A stretch of 63,986 nucleotides of DNA, filler included, from Octopus bimaculoides (GCF_001194135.2; 5 parts of 2 records of this genome joined end to end with filler, not necessarily neighbours in it), one strand, 5' to 3'; positions 21,480 to 34,450 are shown, counted from the whole stretch's first letter. Notes: a model not told the origin generated them from the letters alone. Made by a program: numbers and translations.

Positions 21480-23997
21480 ATTTGAGTTCACTAGATGATT
21501 ATGCGAATCTGTCAATAATTGCTTTTGTATCCAATTCATCTAACAATTCATTTTCAATAGATAGCAACATGTACGCTCCCAAGTTCTCCTCAGACAGCAA
21601 ACTTCTTAACCTTGTCTTTATGATCTTTAGTTTTGAAAATGTCCTCTCACATTGAGCTTGGGTAACTGATAGTTCATGAAGGTTATCATATGCCTTGTCA
21701 TGAAGTCTGTTGGATGCCAGAATTTTTAGTATACACAATGGGCAAGTGCTGCAAATTTTACAGTTGTTTCAACTGGAACTCATATTCTCACCATCATTAA
21801 GTTATAGCCTTAAGACATTAAAATTTGAAATAAAAGAAGACAATTCCAATCTTACTTGATCTTTGCTGATTTGTGGAAACAACTTAATGGTACCTTCCAA
21901 TGCTTTAACTTCAAGGCTCTTCTCTGCAATAGTTTTAAACTTAGCTGGGTCCAAGCAGGATAAATCTTTATACAATTGTTTGTGCTGTACAAATTTTGAT
22001 TCTAGTGACTTGACAATGCGATCCATTATAAGGTTAAACACATTTACTCGAAAATTAGTTAGAGAATCTGAGGAACTTCCTTCATCATTAACAAGCCCAT
22101 CTTCCATTCTTTTCTTCTTCCTCTGTCTCTTAACTGGCAATGCTGTTTCCAAAGCACCAATTTCCAATGTTTGATTTTCATCCATATTCATCTGTAAAAT
22201 CTTGTCATTACATTTATTTACAAATTCCAAAGCCTTGCTGTGAACATTATCAAATGTTCTTGTCTGTTCCTTCAACTTTGTTGTAACTGAATCTACTAAA
22301 CCCCATACAGTAAACATATCTAACCCACTTGTCTGTAGATAACTTGATAATGGGGCTATAGTTTTAAATATATACAAGTAAGTAAATGCTGTCAATATGG
22401 TTTCAAACTTTAGAAGACTTTGAAGTAAAACATTTGCTTCATGTTTTGTTTTGGCATCAAACTTGTCTGAATCTTGTATCATTGATAAGCATGTCAAAAG
22501 ATTTACAAAAGTGCTGACATTGGCATCATCAAAATGTCCAAATATAGTTGTTGCTGCATTGGATTTTCTTGACCATCTGGTCTCACCAGTTAGCTTCAAT
22601 CGTTTCATTTTCTCTTGTCCTAGATGTTTTCAAACAACTTCTATCCATACAGCCATTCTCTTATATGATTCTTTCACAAAAAGTTGTTAAATTCTGGAGC
22701 AAATTGCAAAAAGAAACTGCAGGTATACAACATTTTGTTGTTTCAATTATCATCAAATTCCAGACATGGGTATAGCACCATATATGAACATGTTGATCTG
22801 CCACAGCAGCAATTTTACTTTATAAACCATTATGCTGCCCGTGGTAGCTTGTAGCACCACCTGTGCTATCAAATAAACATTTTTGGGGGATTAGTTTTAA
22901 GATGCCCATAACATTTCAATCAATAGGTCAAAAAGTCCCTGTCCTGTACCATCTAATGATGGTACAATTAAAAGTAGTCACTCGTAGATAACACCTTTAA
23001 GCACATGCCAAATAATAATGCTAAACTGATTGATGGATGAATTATCTTGTGTTGAATCAACCTGAATAGAATAATATATTGCTTGAGAAACTTCATGACC
23101 AATTCTTTCTAGTACCATATTCTTCATAATTTGGATTAACAAGTTAATAATTGTTTTACTCAGGTATGTAACATGTCCATCATGGCCTTTACTTCGAGCC
23201 TTTCCTTGTTGCTTGAGTCTTTGTCCAGACTTATTTTGCACTGCAGAAACGTGAGCTGCCATAATGGGGTCATATTTTGCCATAAACTTCATTGTAGCTA
23301 AAAAATTGCCATGATCCAGAACCTCATTATCCAGAGTGTAGGCCAATTCATTTCTGTGACCCCTAAAAGGAAGTGCTTGCTTGCTTAACATCTTTATGAT
23401 GTCTATAATCCTCATGACAATACTTCTCTGCTTCAATACTTCTTTCCTTTTAATTAGTGATACTGTTAAAAGATTTTCTATATGCCATCATTAACCACAC
23501 TGGTATATTGCTGAGCATTTCTGATATGTGTTGTTTTCGATTTTTGTAAAGCTCTGATATTGGAAGATTCCAGTAGCTGACCTTTCATTTTCTTATGTAG
23601 GTTCAGAAACCAAGTCATTTATGCCTGAAATAATATCTGACGCCCTGTCACTAGTTCAAGCTATGTTCTCTGATGGTGCAATTACAGGCAGTACAGATAC
23701 TGGAACAATGAAGCCAGAAGTATTACTGGGACCAGGTTGATTAGTAAAGGATGCACTTGAATTTCTCTCTACATTCAAATAAATCTTCCATTCTTGCAAC
23801 TCACACGTCACTGCATCATCACCATGAGTATTGTTTCTTGTTTCTTGATTATTTGTTGCAGAACTGGACATTGGTATTGTGGTTGTGGTATTATAAAATC
23901 ATTAATAAACCTGCACCACTTGGCTGATTCCTGCCTTTCTGCTTCTTGCTGCTCTTTGCATTTCAGTGATCCAGATTTATGCTTTTTTTCCCCATGC
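21480..23997 (-). pseudogene. hAT-superfamily transposase pseudogene (ZMYM1/Tip100-like)
   Basis: LPFRGH..GNFL..KYDP..YLSKTIIN..SIQVDSTQD (22978-23436); LTGETRWS (22608 region); CERTFSKLKIIKTRLRS dimerisation motif (21499-21738); many stops and frameshifts; TIRs not convincingly identified. Confidence 0.9.
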
Positions 23998-24042
23998 TGT
24001 TAGGGATAATATTAAAATTTAAAACTTAATCAAAAATACCTC

Positions 24043-24452
24043 ACACAGGAGAAAATGCACTTATCCAATTTTCTATACATGAATACTAATACAATGGAAG
24101 AGTGCAGAGAACAGGGATGGACTGTCGAGTACTACCATCTGGCAGTGGGGGCTAGAGGCTTCATTGAAAGAAAAATGACAACGCTATTCAAGAGAAGATT
24201 TGCGTTTTCAAACTCGGAACTTAGAAAACTGAAAGGAGGATACAGGAGGCGGTCGAAAAAGCCAGCTTCTATATATGGCTGAAGCGGGAAGACCGAATAT
24301 GGCTTGAAAGTCATAACAAGTCTAGGTGAGACAGGCTGACACTGAAGTGGCTTCGCGCCCTCCATTGTCAGTTAAAGTTCAGACAGTGTCATGTGACAAC
24401 TTGCTGGAGCTACTTGCTGGAGCCTAGCAGCGGGAGGTTTAGACAGTGTCAC
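24043..24452 (+). mobile_element. Hero/R2-like LINE 3' fragment (restriction-like endonuclease end plus UTR)
   Basis: EECREQGWTVEYYHLAVGARGFI..KAS.Y(I)WLKRED-like C-terminus; runs into an N gap. Confidence 0.65.
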
Positions 24453-25424
24453 NNNNNNNNNNNNNNNNNNNNNNNNNNNNNNNNNNNNNNNNNNNNNNNN
24501 NNNNNNNNNNNNNNNNNNNNNNNNNNNNNNNNNNNNNNNNNNNNNNNNNNNNNNNNNNNNNNNNNNNNNNNNNNNNNNNNNNNNNNNNNNNNNNNNNNNN
24601 NNNNNNNNNNNNNNNNNNNNNNNNNNNNNNNNNNNNNNNNNNNNNNNNNNNNNNNNNNNNNNNNNNNNNNNNNNNNNNNNNNNNNNNNNNNNNNNNNNNN
24701 NNNNNNNNNNNNNNNNNNNNNNNNNNNNNNNNNNNNNNNNNNNNNNNNNNNNNNNNNNNNNNNNNNNNNNNNNNNNNNNNNNNNNNNNNNNNNNNNNNNN
24801 NNNNNNNNNNNNNNNNNNNNNNNNNNNNNNNNNNNNNNNNNNNNNNNNNNNNNNNNNNNNNNNNNNNNNNNATTATATACTTTCGATGTCTGAATTTGTT
24901 GGTAAAAAATGAAAAATAAGATATTTATGCATCATGAAGTTAAAGAGAAGAAATTATTGAGACAGTTTTTATGAAAAAATGTTTTGAAAATTTATGATTT
25001 TTTTTTCACCTCACCCCCATCCCCCTGGCCAATATTGGCCAATTTTTTTGGCACTATGCACTTAAAAACCATGAGAGAAGCCTTTTTGATACAAAGAAAT
25101 TGTAAATACTTTCAAACGAAAAGGTGTTTGATTTAAGGGAGATTTGGCTGTTGTTTCTAGCACATCCTACAACCACCTTCCTTGTTTCTTTGTCACTGTC
25201 ACATGTATTGATGTTTTTCAATAACTTTCTTCCCATAAGCACATTTTACGGAATGATGATGCAGAAGTAACACACAAGTGGTACATGATCTAAGCAACAA
25301 AAACAAATTTGAAATTTAAATCCCCACCCCCAACCAAGCGAGGCCATGTGTGTGTGTCTATATACGAAAACACATTTTTACTGACAGAAAAGTATATTAT
25401 TAAAATGAATTATTTTTTTTATTC

Positions 25425-25655
25425 TTTTATTCTTTTACTCATTTCAAGTCATTTGACTGTAGCCATGCTGGAGCACCGCCTTTAGTCGGGCAAATTGAAC
25501 CCAAGACTTATTCTTTGTAAGCCTAGTACTTATTCTATTGGTCTCTTTTGCAGAACTGCCAAGTTATGGGGACGTAAACACACCAGCATCAGTTGTCAAG
25601 CGATGCTGGTGGGACAAACACACATACAAACATATACACACATACATACATACAT
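25425..25655 (-). mobile_element. OR-type CORE-SINE, 3' half
   Basis: gtcatttgactgtagccatgctggagcaccgcctttagtc..aagcctagtacttattct; interrupted by an RTE tail at 25660. Confidence 0.85.
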
Positions 25656-25659
25656 ATCA

Positions 25660-25881
25660 TCATCATCATCGTTTAACGTCCGCTTTCCATGCTAGCATAG
25701 GTTGGACGATTTGACTGAGGACTGGTGAAACCGGATGGCAACACCAGGCTCCAATCTAATTTGGCAGAGTTTCTACAGCTAGATGCCCTTCCTAACGCCA
25801 ACCACTCAGAGAGTGTAGTGGGTGCTTTTACGTGTCATCCGCACGAAAACGGCCACGCTCGAAATGGTGTCTTTTATGTGC
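25660..25881 (-). mobile_element. Young RTE 3'-tail copy
   Basis: Reverse complement near-identical to 16148-16378. Confidence 0.9.
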
Positions 25882-25981
25882 NNNNNNNNNNNNNNNNNNN
25901 NNNNNNNNNNNNNNNNNNNNNNNNNTTAATTAATTAANNNNNNNNNNNNNNNNNNNNNNNNNNNNNNNNNNNNNNNNNNNN
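25882..25981. other. 100-bp assembly gap placeholder (44 N + TTAATTAATTAA + 44 N); also at 44254-44353, 57364-57463 and 62842-62941
   Basis: Identical 12-mer centred in N runs four times. Confidence 0.9.
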
Positions 25982-26470
25982 CCATAAGTTATTCCATGTT
26001 AAAGTTGTCGTATTTCTGTAATTTCAACCAATCACTGACGTCCATTCAGCCGATATACATTAAGTGCCGACTACATAAACAAACGATTCTGAAACAATTA
26101 ACCCTAACCCTAACCCTAACCCTAACACTAACCCTAGGGTTAGGGTTAGGTTTAGGGTTTAGGGTTAGGGTTAAAACAAATTTAAAATGAAAAAAGCAAA
26201 TAAAACGAAGGTATGGAGATTAAATACGCTTTACATCGTTTAATCAGCCAAAGGAGTAAATATAAACAACTGAATACTTATCAGTGATTGGTTGAAATTA
26301 TCGAAATAAGACAATTTTTTACATGAAATAAATTCAAATACAAAAATATTTTTCTGTTCTATAACACAAAATAGATAAGTATACGAAGTTTGAAAGTCTT
26401 TCTGTACCAAAAACATTACGTAAAACATTAATGAAAAATGTGGCCCCCGTTTTAAAATAGATCCATATAT
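25982..26470. mobile_element. Palindromic MITE-like element with a central (CCCTAA)n-(TTAGGG)n hairpin
   Basis: Inverted arms 25989-26038 and 26281-26331; telomere-type repeats 26098-26174 centred on CCCTAGGG. Confidence 0.6.
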
Positions 26471-26566
26471 TAAAATATAGAATAATATATATATATATAC
26501 TTCCATAGATATATATATATATAAATATAAAATATAGAATTATATATACATATATATAAAATATAG

Positions 26567-26612
<46 letters not shown>

Positions 26613-26736
26613 GAATAATATATATATATATATATAGAAAATATAGAATTATATATATATATATATATATAATATATATTTATATAGATATAAACTTAGA
26701 TATATAAAATATAGATATATAAAATATAGAAATATA

Positions 26737-26785
<49 letters not shown>

Positions 26786-27189
26786 CGCGCGTGCGTGTAT
26801 ATACAATAAGACACAAACTTTGCTACAAACAGAAACATAAACATATATACAAATATAAATACATAAGTGTGTATGTATACACACACACATGTACAAGCAT
26901 CCCCCCCACATACACACACACTCACATAAAGCAATAGAATATCAAAGAAGAATACAAAATGAAGAAAAACAACAAAAAGGAAAGAAAGAAAGAAAGAAAA
27001 AGAAAAACTGCCAAGCAAACAGAAAGAAAGCAAGCCAGACAGGCAGGCAGACAGACAGAAATCAAAGAATTTTTGATGTTAGTAAAAGTGTGTAGAGAAG
27101 TGCTTTGAGTGGGTTCAATTGAAGAATTTTGGTAACACTTAATCCTGTAGTGCTTAGATGGCATTTCTAACTTATCAAAGAGAGGTCAA

Positions 27190-27389
27190 AAGCGAGCTAT
27201 GACAGACAGAGGGTGTAGTGAGAGAGAGAGGGGGTGGAGGGAGGGGAGGGAAGAAGAAGAAAGGAGTAGGTGGGGGAGGAAAAAGGAAGAAGTTGGAGGA
27301 GGAAGAAAGGGAAGTAGATGAAGTGTGTATGGGGAAGAAGTAGAAAGGAATGAATTAGGTAAAGGAAAAGATGAAAGATATAAGGAATA

Positions 27390-27438
<49 letters not shown>

Positions 27439-28790
27439 AAGAGAGAGAGAATAAGAAAAGAGGAGGGTAAAGAAGATAAGAGGAAAAATGATGAAAGAGT
27501 TGTAATGGAAAATAAAAGGAAGTTGGAGATATTAAGAAAGAAGAAAGATGAAGGGCTTAAGAGAGGAAAGGATGATAAAGAAGAAAAAGAAAAGGGGGGG
27601 ACATTGAGAAGAAGGAAGATGGAGATAAGAAAGGAAAGGATGATGAAGAAGAAAAAGTGTGAAAGAGGGTGAAGAACAATATATAAAGGAAGAAAGATGA
27701 AGGAGATAAGAAAGAAAAGAATGAAGAAAAAAGAAAGAGGGAAGATCAAAAAGAAAGGAAAGAGTGATGAAAAGGAAGATGAATACGAAAAAGTATGAAG
27801 AAAGGTGAAGGAGAATATATAAAAGAAGGAGGATGAAAAAGATAAGAAAGAAAAGAATGAAGAAGAGAAAAGAAAGATGGAAGATCAAGAATATAAGAAA
27901 TGAAGACAGGGATAAGTGAAAAAGAATATTGTAGAAGAAAAAAGAAGGAAGGAGGATGAAGAAGAAAATGTAAAAGAAAGTAGAGGAAGGAAATGGGAAA
28001 GAAAAGAATAAAGAAGAAAAAGAAAAGGGGGGAAATTGAGAAGAAGGAAGACGGAGATAAGAAAGGAAAGGATGATGAAGAAGAAAAAGTGTGAAAGAGG
28101 GTGAAGAACAATACATAAAGGAAGAAAGATGAAGGAGATAAGAAAGAAAAGAATGAAGAAAAAAGAAAGAGGGAAGATCAAAAAGAAAGGAAAGAGTGAT
28201 GAAAAGGAAGATGAATGCGAAAAAGTATGAAGAAAGGTGAAGAAGAATATATAAAGGAAGGAAGATGAAAAAGATAAGAAAGATAAGAATGAAGAAGAGA
28301 AAAGAAAGATGGAAGATCAAGAGTATAAGAAATGAAGACAGGGATAAGTGAAAAGAATATTGTAGAAGAAAAAAGAAGGAAAATTAGGAAGGAAGCTGAA
28401 AAAGAAAATGTAAAAGAAAGTAGAGGAAGGAAATGGGAAAGAAAAGAATAAAGAAGAAAAAGACAATGAAGAAAAAAGAAAGAAGGAAGATCAAGAATAT
28501 AAGAAATGAAGACAGGGATAAGTAAAAAAGAATGATGTGGAAGAAAAAAGAAGGAAAATGAGGAAGAAAAAGTAGGAAGGAGGATGAAGAAGAAAGTATA
28601 AAAGAAAGTAGAGGAAGGAAATGGGAAAGAAAAGAATAAAGAAGAAAAAGACAATGAAGAAAAAAGAAAGAAGGAAGATGAAGATGAACTTATGAAAAAA
28701 AAGATGGAGAAAATATGAAAATATTGAGAAGATAATAAGAAGGAAAATGAGAAAAAGGAATATTAAAGAAAATGAATAAGATAACAAGAA
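27190..28790. repeat. Strand-asymmetric purine-rich tract with ~432-bp higher-order repeat
   Basis: Plus strand almost only A/G; block 27580-27980 recurs at 28014-28410 (e.g. gtgtgaaagaggg at 27657 and 28089). Confidence 0.85.
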
Positions 28791-28795
28791 TAATG

Positions 28796-29187
28796 TGGCT
28801 GTGTGGTATGTAGCTTGCTTACCAACCACATGGTTCTGGGTTCATTCCCACTGCGTGGCACCTTGGGCAAGTGTCTTCTACTATAGCCTCGGGCTGACCA
28901 AAGCCTTGTGAGTGGATTTGGTAGATGGAAACTGAAAGAAGCCCATCGTATATATGTATATATATGTCTGCGTGTGTATTTGTGTGTCTGCGTTTGTCAA
29001 CCCAGCATCGCTTGGCAACCGATGCTGGTATGTTTACGCCCCCATAACTTAGTGGTTCAGCAAAAAGAGACCGATAGAATAAGTACTAGGCTTCCAAAGA
29101 ATAAGTCCTGGGGTCGATTTGCTCGACTAAAGGCAGTGCACCAGCATGGCTGCAGTCAAATGACTGAAACAAGTAAAAGAGTAAAAG
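28796..29187 (+). mobile_element. Full-length OR-type tRNA/CORE SINE (a second partial copy follows at 29199-29335)
   Basis: A box tggctgtgtgg, B-box-like gggttcattccc, CORE-like ccttgggcaagtgtctt, internal microsatellite, aagtaaaagagtaaaag tail. Confidence 0.9.
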
Positions 29188-30059
29188 CGTAAACACACAT
29201 GGCTGTGTGTTTAAGAAGTTCACTTTGCAACCATGTGGTTTTGAGTTCTGTCCCACTGTGCAGCACCTGTGTGAATCTCTTCTTCTATAGTGATCAAAGC
29301 CTGCTGAGTGAATTTGAGAGACAGAAACCCTGTCCTTTGACTTCTCTCACCCTGTTTCTGTCTCTTGTCACTTCTTGTTCACATATGAAGCTCTTGTGAT
29401 GCTGTGTTCCTTATCAGTTGCAGCCAGTTTTCTTGACTCAGAAAGTGTAAAACTGTTGTCTCCCATTAAATTCTCTTTTGTCAACATTTTCCTGATGACG
29501 GACTCTATTAGATTTGCCACTCCCCATGGCAAGCTCATCGTACTCTCTTTATAAACTTTACATTGTAAACTTTACATTTATAAACTTTACATGGCTAGTT
29601 TGAACATAAAGCAGGTATGGACTCTTCTGTCGAAGATGATATATGAGCATTCAGCTTTTGCCAAATGACTTGTGCAGATTTTTTGTTTAAAGTGATCAAA
29701 TGGTTGTGCCACACATTAGTTCACTCTCTCCATCAAATCGATGTTGCCTGAACAGGTGCACTGTGTACCATGCATCAGGTGTCAGAGTGATTGTAGAGCA
29801 ACATGAAATGAAGTAACAATTATATGCCAACATAACATGGCAGTCCTGGTTTAGAATGAATGTTGCTGTAATTTAGCCCCAGGAGACATCACCTCCAGCT
29901 GGCTATGTGACACGATGTGTCCTTATATATTCGAACAAGGGAATCTAGCAACCCCACTCTGCTTCTACACATGCATACACACAATCACTCACACATATAC
30001 ACAATCACACACATATATGCATTTTATCCACTCAAGTGATGGATTGAGAAAAGAAACAG

Positions 30060-30173
30060 AAAAGTCTGGAGGAGGATGGGGGAAGAGGGGAGGAATATGT
30101 GGAGGGGAGGAGAAATATGAGGAGGGGAGGGGTGAAGAGGGGGAGGAGGCGGTAGAAGAAGAAGAAGAAGAAG

Positions 30174-30205
<32 letters not shown>

Positions 30206-30470
30206 GAAGAAGAAGAAGAAGAAGACATAGATTAAGAAGACATAGATGAAGAAGACATAGATGAAGACAAAGAAGAAGAAGAAGAATAAGAAGAAAAAGA
30301 AAAAGGAGAAGAAGAAGAAGAAGAAGAAGAAAAAGAAGAAGAAAAAGAAGAAGAAAAAGAAGAAAAAGAAGAAGAAGAAAGAAGAAGAAGAAGAAAAAGA
30401 AGAAGAAGAAGAAGAAGAAAAAGAAGAAGAAGAAAAAGAAGAAGAAGAAGAGTATGATGATGACAACAAC
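30060..30470. repeat. (GAA)n-rich microsatellite
   Basis: Long GAA/AAG runs. Confidence 0.95.
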
Positions 30471-30774
30471 AATGATGACAATGATTTGAAGCAATATGAC
30501 CAAGAGAAACAATGTCCAGTCATTTACGAAGAAAGACTGTTGTCAATAAGATATATTTTCTTGACACCAAATGGAGCAGTCTTGATAATGGGTTGCTTTT
30601 CCTCCTCAATTTTGGACAAAGTAGCATAAAACTGTCCGTAAGAATCTCTTTATTAAGAAGGTGTTCTTTTTAGAGAATATTTGTCCTTCGCTTTTGTTTG
30701 ATGACTTTGCAAATATGGTTTCACTGGAAATAGTTTTCCTCAATCACATAGAAATTTGGAATGTACGTCCATGC

Positions 30775-30824
<50 letters not shown>

Positions 30825-31025
30825 CTCAAAGCCACAGATTGATAACCTTATAGACTGACAGGAAGATGAACAGACACTAGAGAAAGTGTAACTTAACCAA
30901 TCATGTGATCAGATTTTTTGTTACCTCTTAAGGTTTACATCCTCCTCTTCCTTCACATCATCAATATTGTCATCGTCATCATCTTCATGCTGCAGCAGCA
31001 ACATCGCTGTCACCATTACCATGAC

Positions 31026-31057
<32 letters not shown>

Positions 31058-31389
31058 GTAGCAACAGAAGCGGTAGCGCCATCACTAATGTTGCCATCAT
31101 TGTCCTCGTCAATAGCATTGCAAGTCACTATGATCGTCATCATCTTAACATCCGTTATTCAGGCTGGAATACTTATAAGTGTTTTGAGATGCTTTGTTTG
31201 GAATGGTGATTGTCATAAGTCCATATCAGAATCAATGTTTCCAAATACACAAATCATTCCTTCTCTATATCTCACTCATCACTCCCTTTTTACCTTTTTC
31301 TCCCTCTCTTTTTTTCTCCCTCTTTTTTTCTCCCTCTTTTTTTTTCTCCCTCACTCTCTTCTTGTCCCTTTCTTTCCTTATATACACAA

Positions 31390-31436
<47 letters not shown>

Positions 31437-31483
31437 TATTCATGTCTATGTATGTATATATCTATACACACACACACACACAC

Positions 31484-31529
<46 letters not shown>

Positions 31530-31554
31530 ATATATATATATATATATACATCAT

Positions 31555-31730
31555 CATCATCTAACATCTATTTTCCATGCTGGCATGGGTTGGACAGCTT
31601 GACAGGAACTGGTAAGACTAGGTGCTGCACCAGGTTCCGTAGTCTGTTTTAGCTTGGTTTCTACAGCTGGATGCCCTTCCTAATGCCAACCACTCCACAG
31701 AGTGTACTGGGTGCATTTTTATGTGGCCCC
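31555..31730 (-). mobile_element. RTE 3'-tail copy
   Basis: (CAT)n then ccatgctggcatgggttggac..gatgcccttcctaatgccaaccactcc. Confidence 0.85.
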
Positions 31731-31939
31731 TTGGTTTTAGATATGCACCACATATCTCAGTCCTTTGTCATCTCCTTCTTGAGGCTCTGCATTTTCAGAT
31801 CAGCCTCAAACCAATCTCAAAATGCTGAACCTTTCAAAGGAGAGGACAGAGAACTGAGATACATACATGATGAAGATGATGGCCGTCCACTCATGACTGA
31901 GGAAGACCATTGCCAACTTTCAGGAACATTGTGCGCTCT

Positions 31940-32310
31940 GGGACTAACATATATTTTGCATTTATGGCTCTGTTGGTGGATAATGAACCCTCCTCTTGAT
32001 AAGCATACACGACTTCAAACATTGCAGATTAAGGTTTCCCCATTCACTATATAAGCCGTGCGCTTTCGCGCAGCTCGCTTAAGTTCTTCATGCTGGATAC
32101 GTGCTCTCCAAAAACTGTCGATCCCCTCCTTAACCTGCTTCCTCCATCCGTGGTGATGACAGGCATTGTTCTCCCAGTCAGTGTCCTGCATATTACAGGC
32201 CTTTTATGAGGACTTGACACAATCCTTAAAGCGCAGCCTTGGTTTCTGCCAGAGTCTCCTTCCATTCACAAGTTCTCCATGGAGCATCTGCTTAGGAATC
32301 GTGCTATCCT
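31940..32310 (-). mobile_element. RTE/BovB-type LINE 3' coding fragment
   Basis: IPKQMLHGELVNG..KPRLRFKDCVK..WE..WRKQVKEG..KRAARK followed by a decayed C2H2 finger. Confidence 0.8.
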
Positions 32311-33052
32311 TCATACATACATACATACATACATACATACATACATGGCTGTATGGTTAGAAGTTTGATCCCCAACCACTTGTTTTGAGACTCAGTTCTA
32401 TTGTATGGCACCTTGATGAAGTGTCTTCTACTATAGCCCTGGGGTAATCACAGCCTCAGGAGGTGATTTGGAAACTGAAAGAAGCCCTTTGTGTATGTAT
32501 GTATGCATGTATGTATGTATGTATGTATGCATGCACATATGTATTATATGTGCATATATTTTGGTAGGTATGTATATATGTATGCGTGTCCATGCATGTG
32601 TGTTACTGTCACCTTGCCTTGACAATATTTGACAGTGATGAGTGAGTGTCACTAATATGAAAACAGTGTCCTTCATTCCTCATTTGCAGTGGAAATATGT
32701 CTGGCCAAGAGAAACATTATCTTTCTTGGAAATACATAGGAGCATAGAAGAGTGAAGACTAAAAAGGATGTTGCTGCTTCTGATGTGTGCGTGTACAAAA
32801 AAAGAAATAAAGAAAGAGAGACACAGTACTCAATACATGTTGCAGAGTACACTTGTTTGTGTGAAACTCATAATTCACTCTGTTGTTAGAGTTTCCCAGA
32901 TAAGCCTTCAACAAGCCTGATTCATTTTCACAGTCACTTGGAAGATCACAGTAATGATAGAGTAAATTGTTAGCTTCTTATAATATTATGTATAACTATA
33001 TATATATAGGAGTGTATTGTAGTTCGCTTGAAGCATTGTGTATTGTTTGTAA

Positions 33053-33239
33053 AGAATAAAAAGTTTTGAATGGTACAACAATGCACTATAATACAAAAAA
33101 TGGACTCCATCTAAGAATATCTGAAGAAGGAATTGTATTCCGAAATATCATCGGACTATGGATAACTAAATTACAACAGGTATATAGTCCATTTTTTGTA
33201 TTATAGTGCATTGTTGTACCATTCAAAGCTTTTTATTCT
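33053..33239. repeat. 54-bp inverted repeat enclosing a hammerhead-like motif (PLE pLTR remnant)
   Basis: Arms 33053-33106 and 33186-33239 differ at one base. Confidence 0.85.
33116..33154 (+). ncRNA. Minimal hammerhead ribozyme motif
   Basis: CTGAAGA a ggaat-tgt-attcc GAAA ta TC atcgg; palindromic helix III (ATAT), AUC site; helix I only 2 bp. Confidence 0.55.
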
Positions 33240-33479
33240 ATACACACATATATATATATATATTCAATATACAGTGTGTCTTAAATTTTACAATTTTTTA
33301 TCTCTTCTTTTTTGAAGAACAGCTTGATGCATTGGTGAACGGTCAATAGCATTGAAGAGCATAAAAATTAAAGTTGTAGTTGAGAAAAAGTTAGAATGAC
33401 ATATTGGGAAAGAGTTATCTGCATCATGATATGAGACAGCATGTCGTGATGTCCATGTCACATTGTCTGTGTGACATTG

Positions 33480-34075
33480 TCCATGTGATATGGACATCAT
33501 GCAAACCACCTTACACCAAACTGTGATGGTCTTTGGATGTGTCTCTAGCGAGGGTGATGTCATGACACCCCACATCTTTGAACAGAGCCTTAGGTCCAAT
33601 TCAGACAGCTATGTGAGACTTCTGGAGACTGTGGTCAAAACTTGGCTGGAGAGGGTTGCTGCTGGAAGGCCATATGCCTGATTTAGCTCCTTCAAAAAGA
33701 GTCAGAAGTGGTTGTTGGAGAATTTCAATGACTTCACCAACCCCAATTTCTGGCCTCCTAATACCCCCCACCTTCCCCAATTGTAATCCCATGGATTACT
33801 ATGTGTGAATCGTGGTTGAAGAAGACACCAACTGCTCTTCTTGTAACACCAAGGCCAAGCTGAAGGCCAAGCTGGTGGCCAAGATCAAGGAGGTGTTTGA
33901 AGATCGTCTCAGGGACACAGTAACGAATGCATGCATTTCAGACTATAGTTGAGTAAACTGTTATTGTCCAGCATTATTTTTTAATTTTTTAAAATACTTT
34001 TATTTTTAGATGGAATATTGTGTTTTCCTTTCTTTTTATACAAACTGTCAAATTTTTCCTGAATACCCCGCATAT
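33480..34075 (+). mobile_element. Mariner-like (maT/DD37D-like) transposon fragment
   Basis: QTVMVFGCVSSEGDVM..LETVVKTWLERVAAGRPY..SQKWLLENF..WPPN; the second catalytic Asp region is deleted; putative TIR remnant cctgaataccccgca|ta. Confidence 0.7.
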
Positions 34076-34119
34076 ATAGTATCATCATCGTCATCATTAT
34101 CACCACCACCATCACCATC

Positions 34120-34420
34120 ATTTAGTGTCTGTTTTCCATGCTGGCAAGGGTTAGATGGGTTGACTGGGGCTGGCCTGGTTCCTGTCAAACCAGGCTTCAC
34201 CAGGTTCAATTTGTTTGGTTTAATATGGTTTCTACAACTGAATACCCTTCATAATGCCAACCACTTCAAAGAGTTTACTGAGTGCTCTTTATGTAACACC
34301 AGTACCAGTGCTATTATATGGTACCAACATGGGTGCTTATTTATGTGGCACCAGCACAGGTACTTTTAACAAGGCACCGGCATAGATGCTTTTTATGTGG
34401 AACCAGCACAGACATAGCAC
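34120..34420 (-). mobile_element. Diverged RTE 3'-tail copy
   Basis: (CAT/CAC)n, tttccatgctggc, cccttcataatgccaaccact, then short tandem units. Confidence 0.7.
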
Positions 34421-34450
34421 CAGATATATATATATATATATATATATTTA

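Noticed and set aside
21480-23997. Host ZMYM1-like gene
   Set aside because: Intronless, with many stops and frameshifts; a decayed hAT transposase is the simpler reading
20640-25055. hAT terminal inverted repeats at ~20641 and ~25053
   Set aside because: Only loose similarity (aaaaa.attgg..aggggg) and no 8-bp TSD found
25926-25937. TTAATTAATTAA palindrome repeated at 25926, 44298, 57408 and 62886
   Set aside because: Always centred in 44 N + 12 + 44 N; an assembly gap spacer with stops in all frames, not biology
26098-26174. Interstitial telomeric repeat as a chromosome-fusion scar
   Set aside because: A fusion gives (TTAGGG)n then (CCCTAA)n; here the order is reversed and it is embedded in inverted arms
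27186-30629. F/L/S-rich and K/E-rich ORFs, plus poly-H/T, C/V, D and S ORFs elsewhere
   Set aside because: Translations of microsatellites and purine tracts; no splice or domain support
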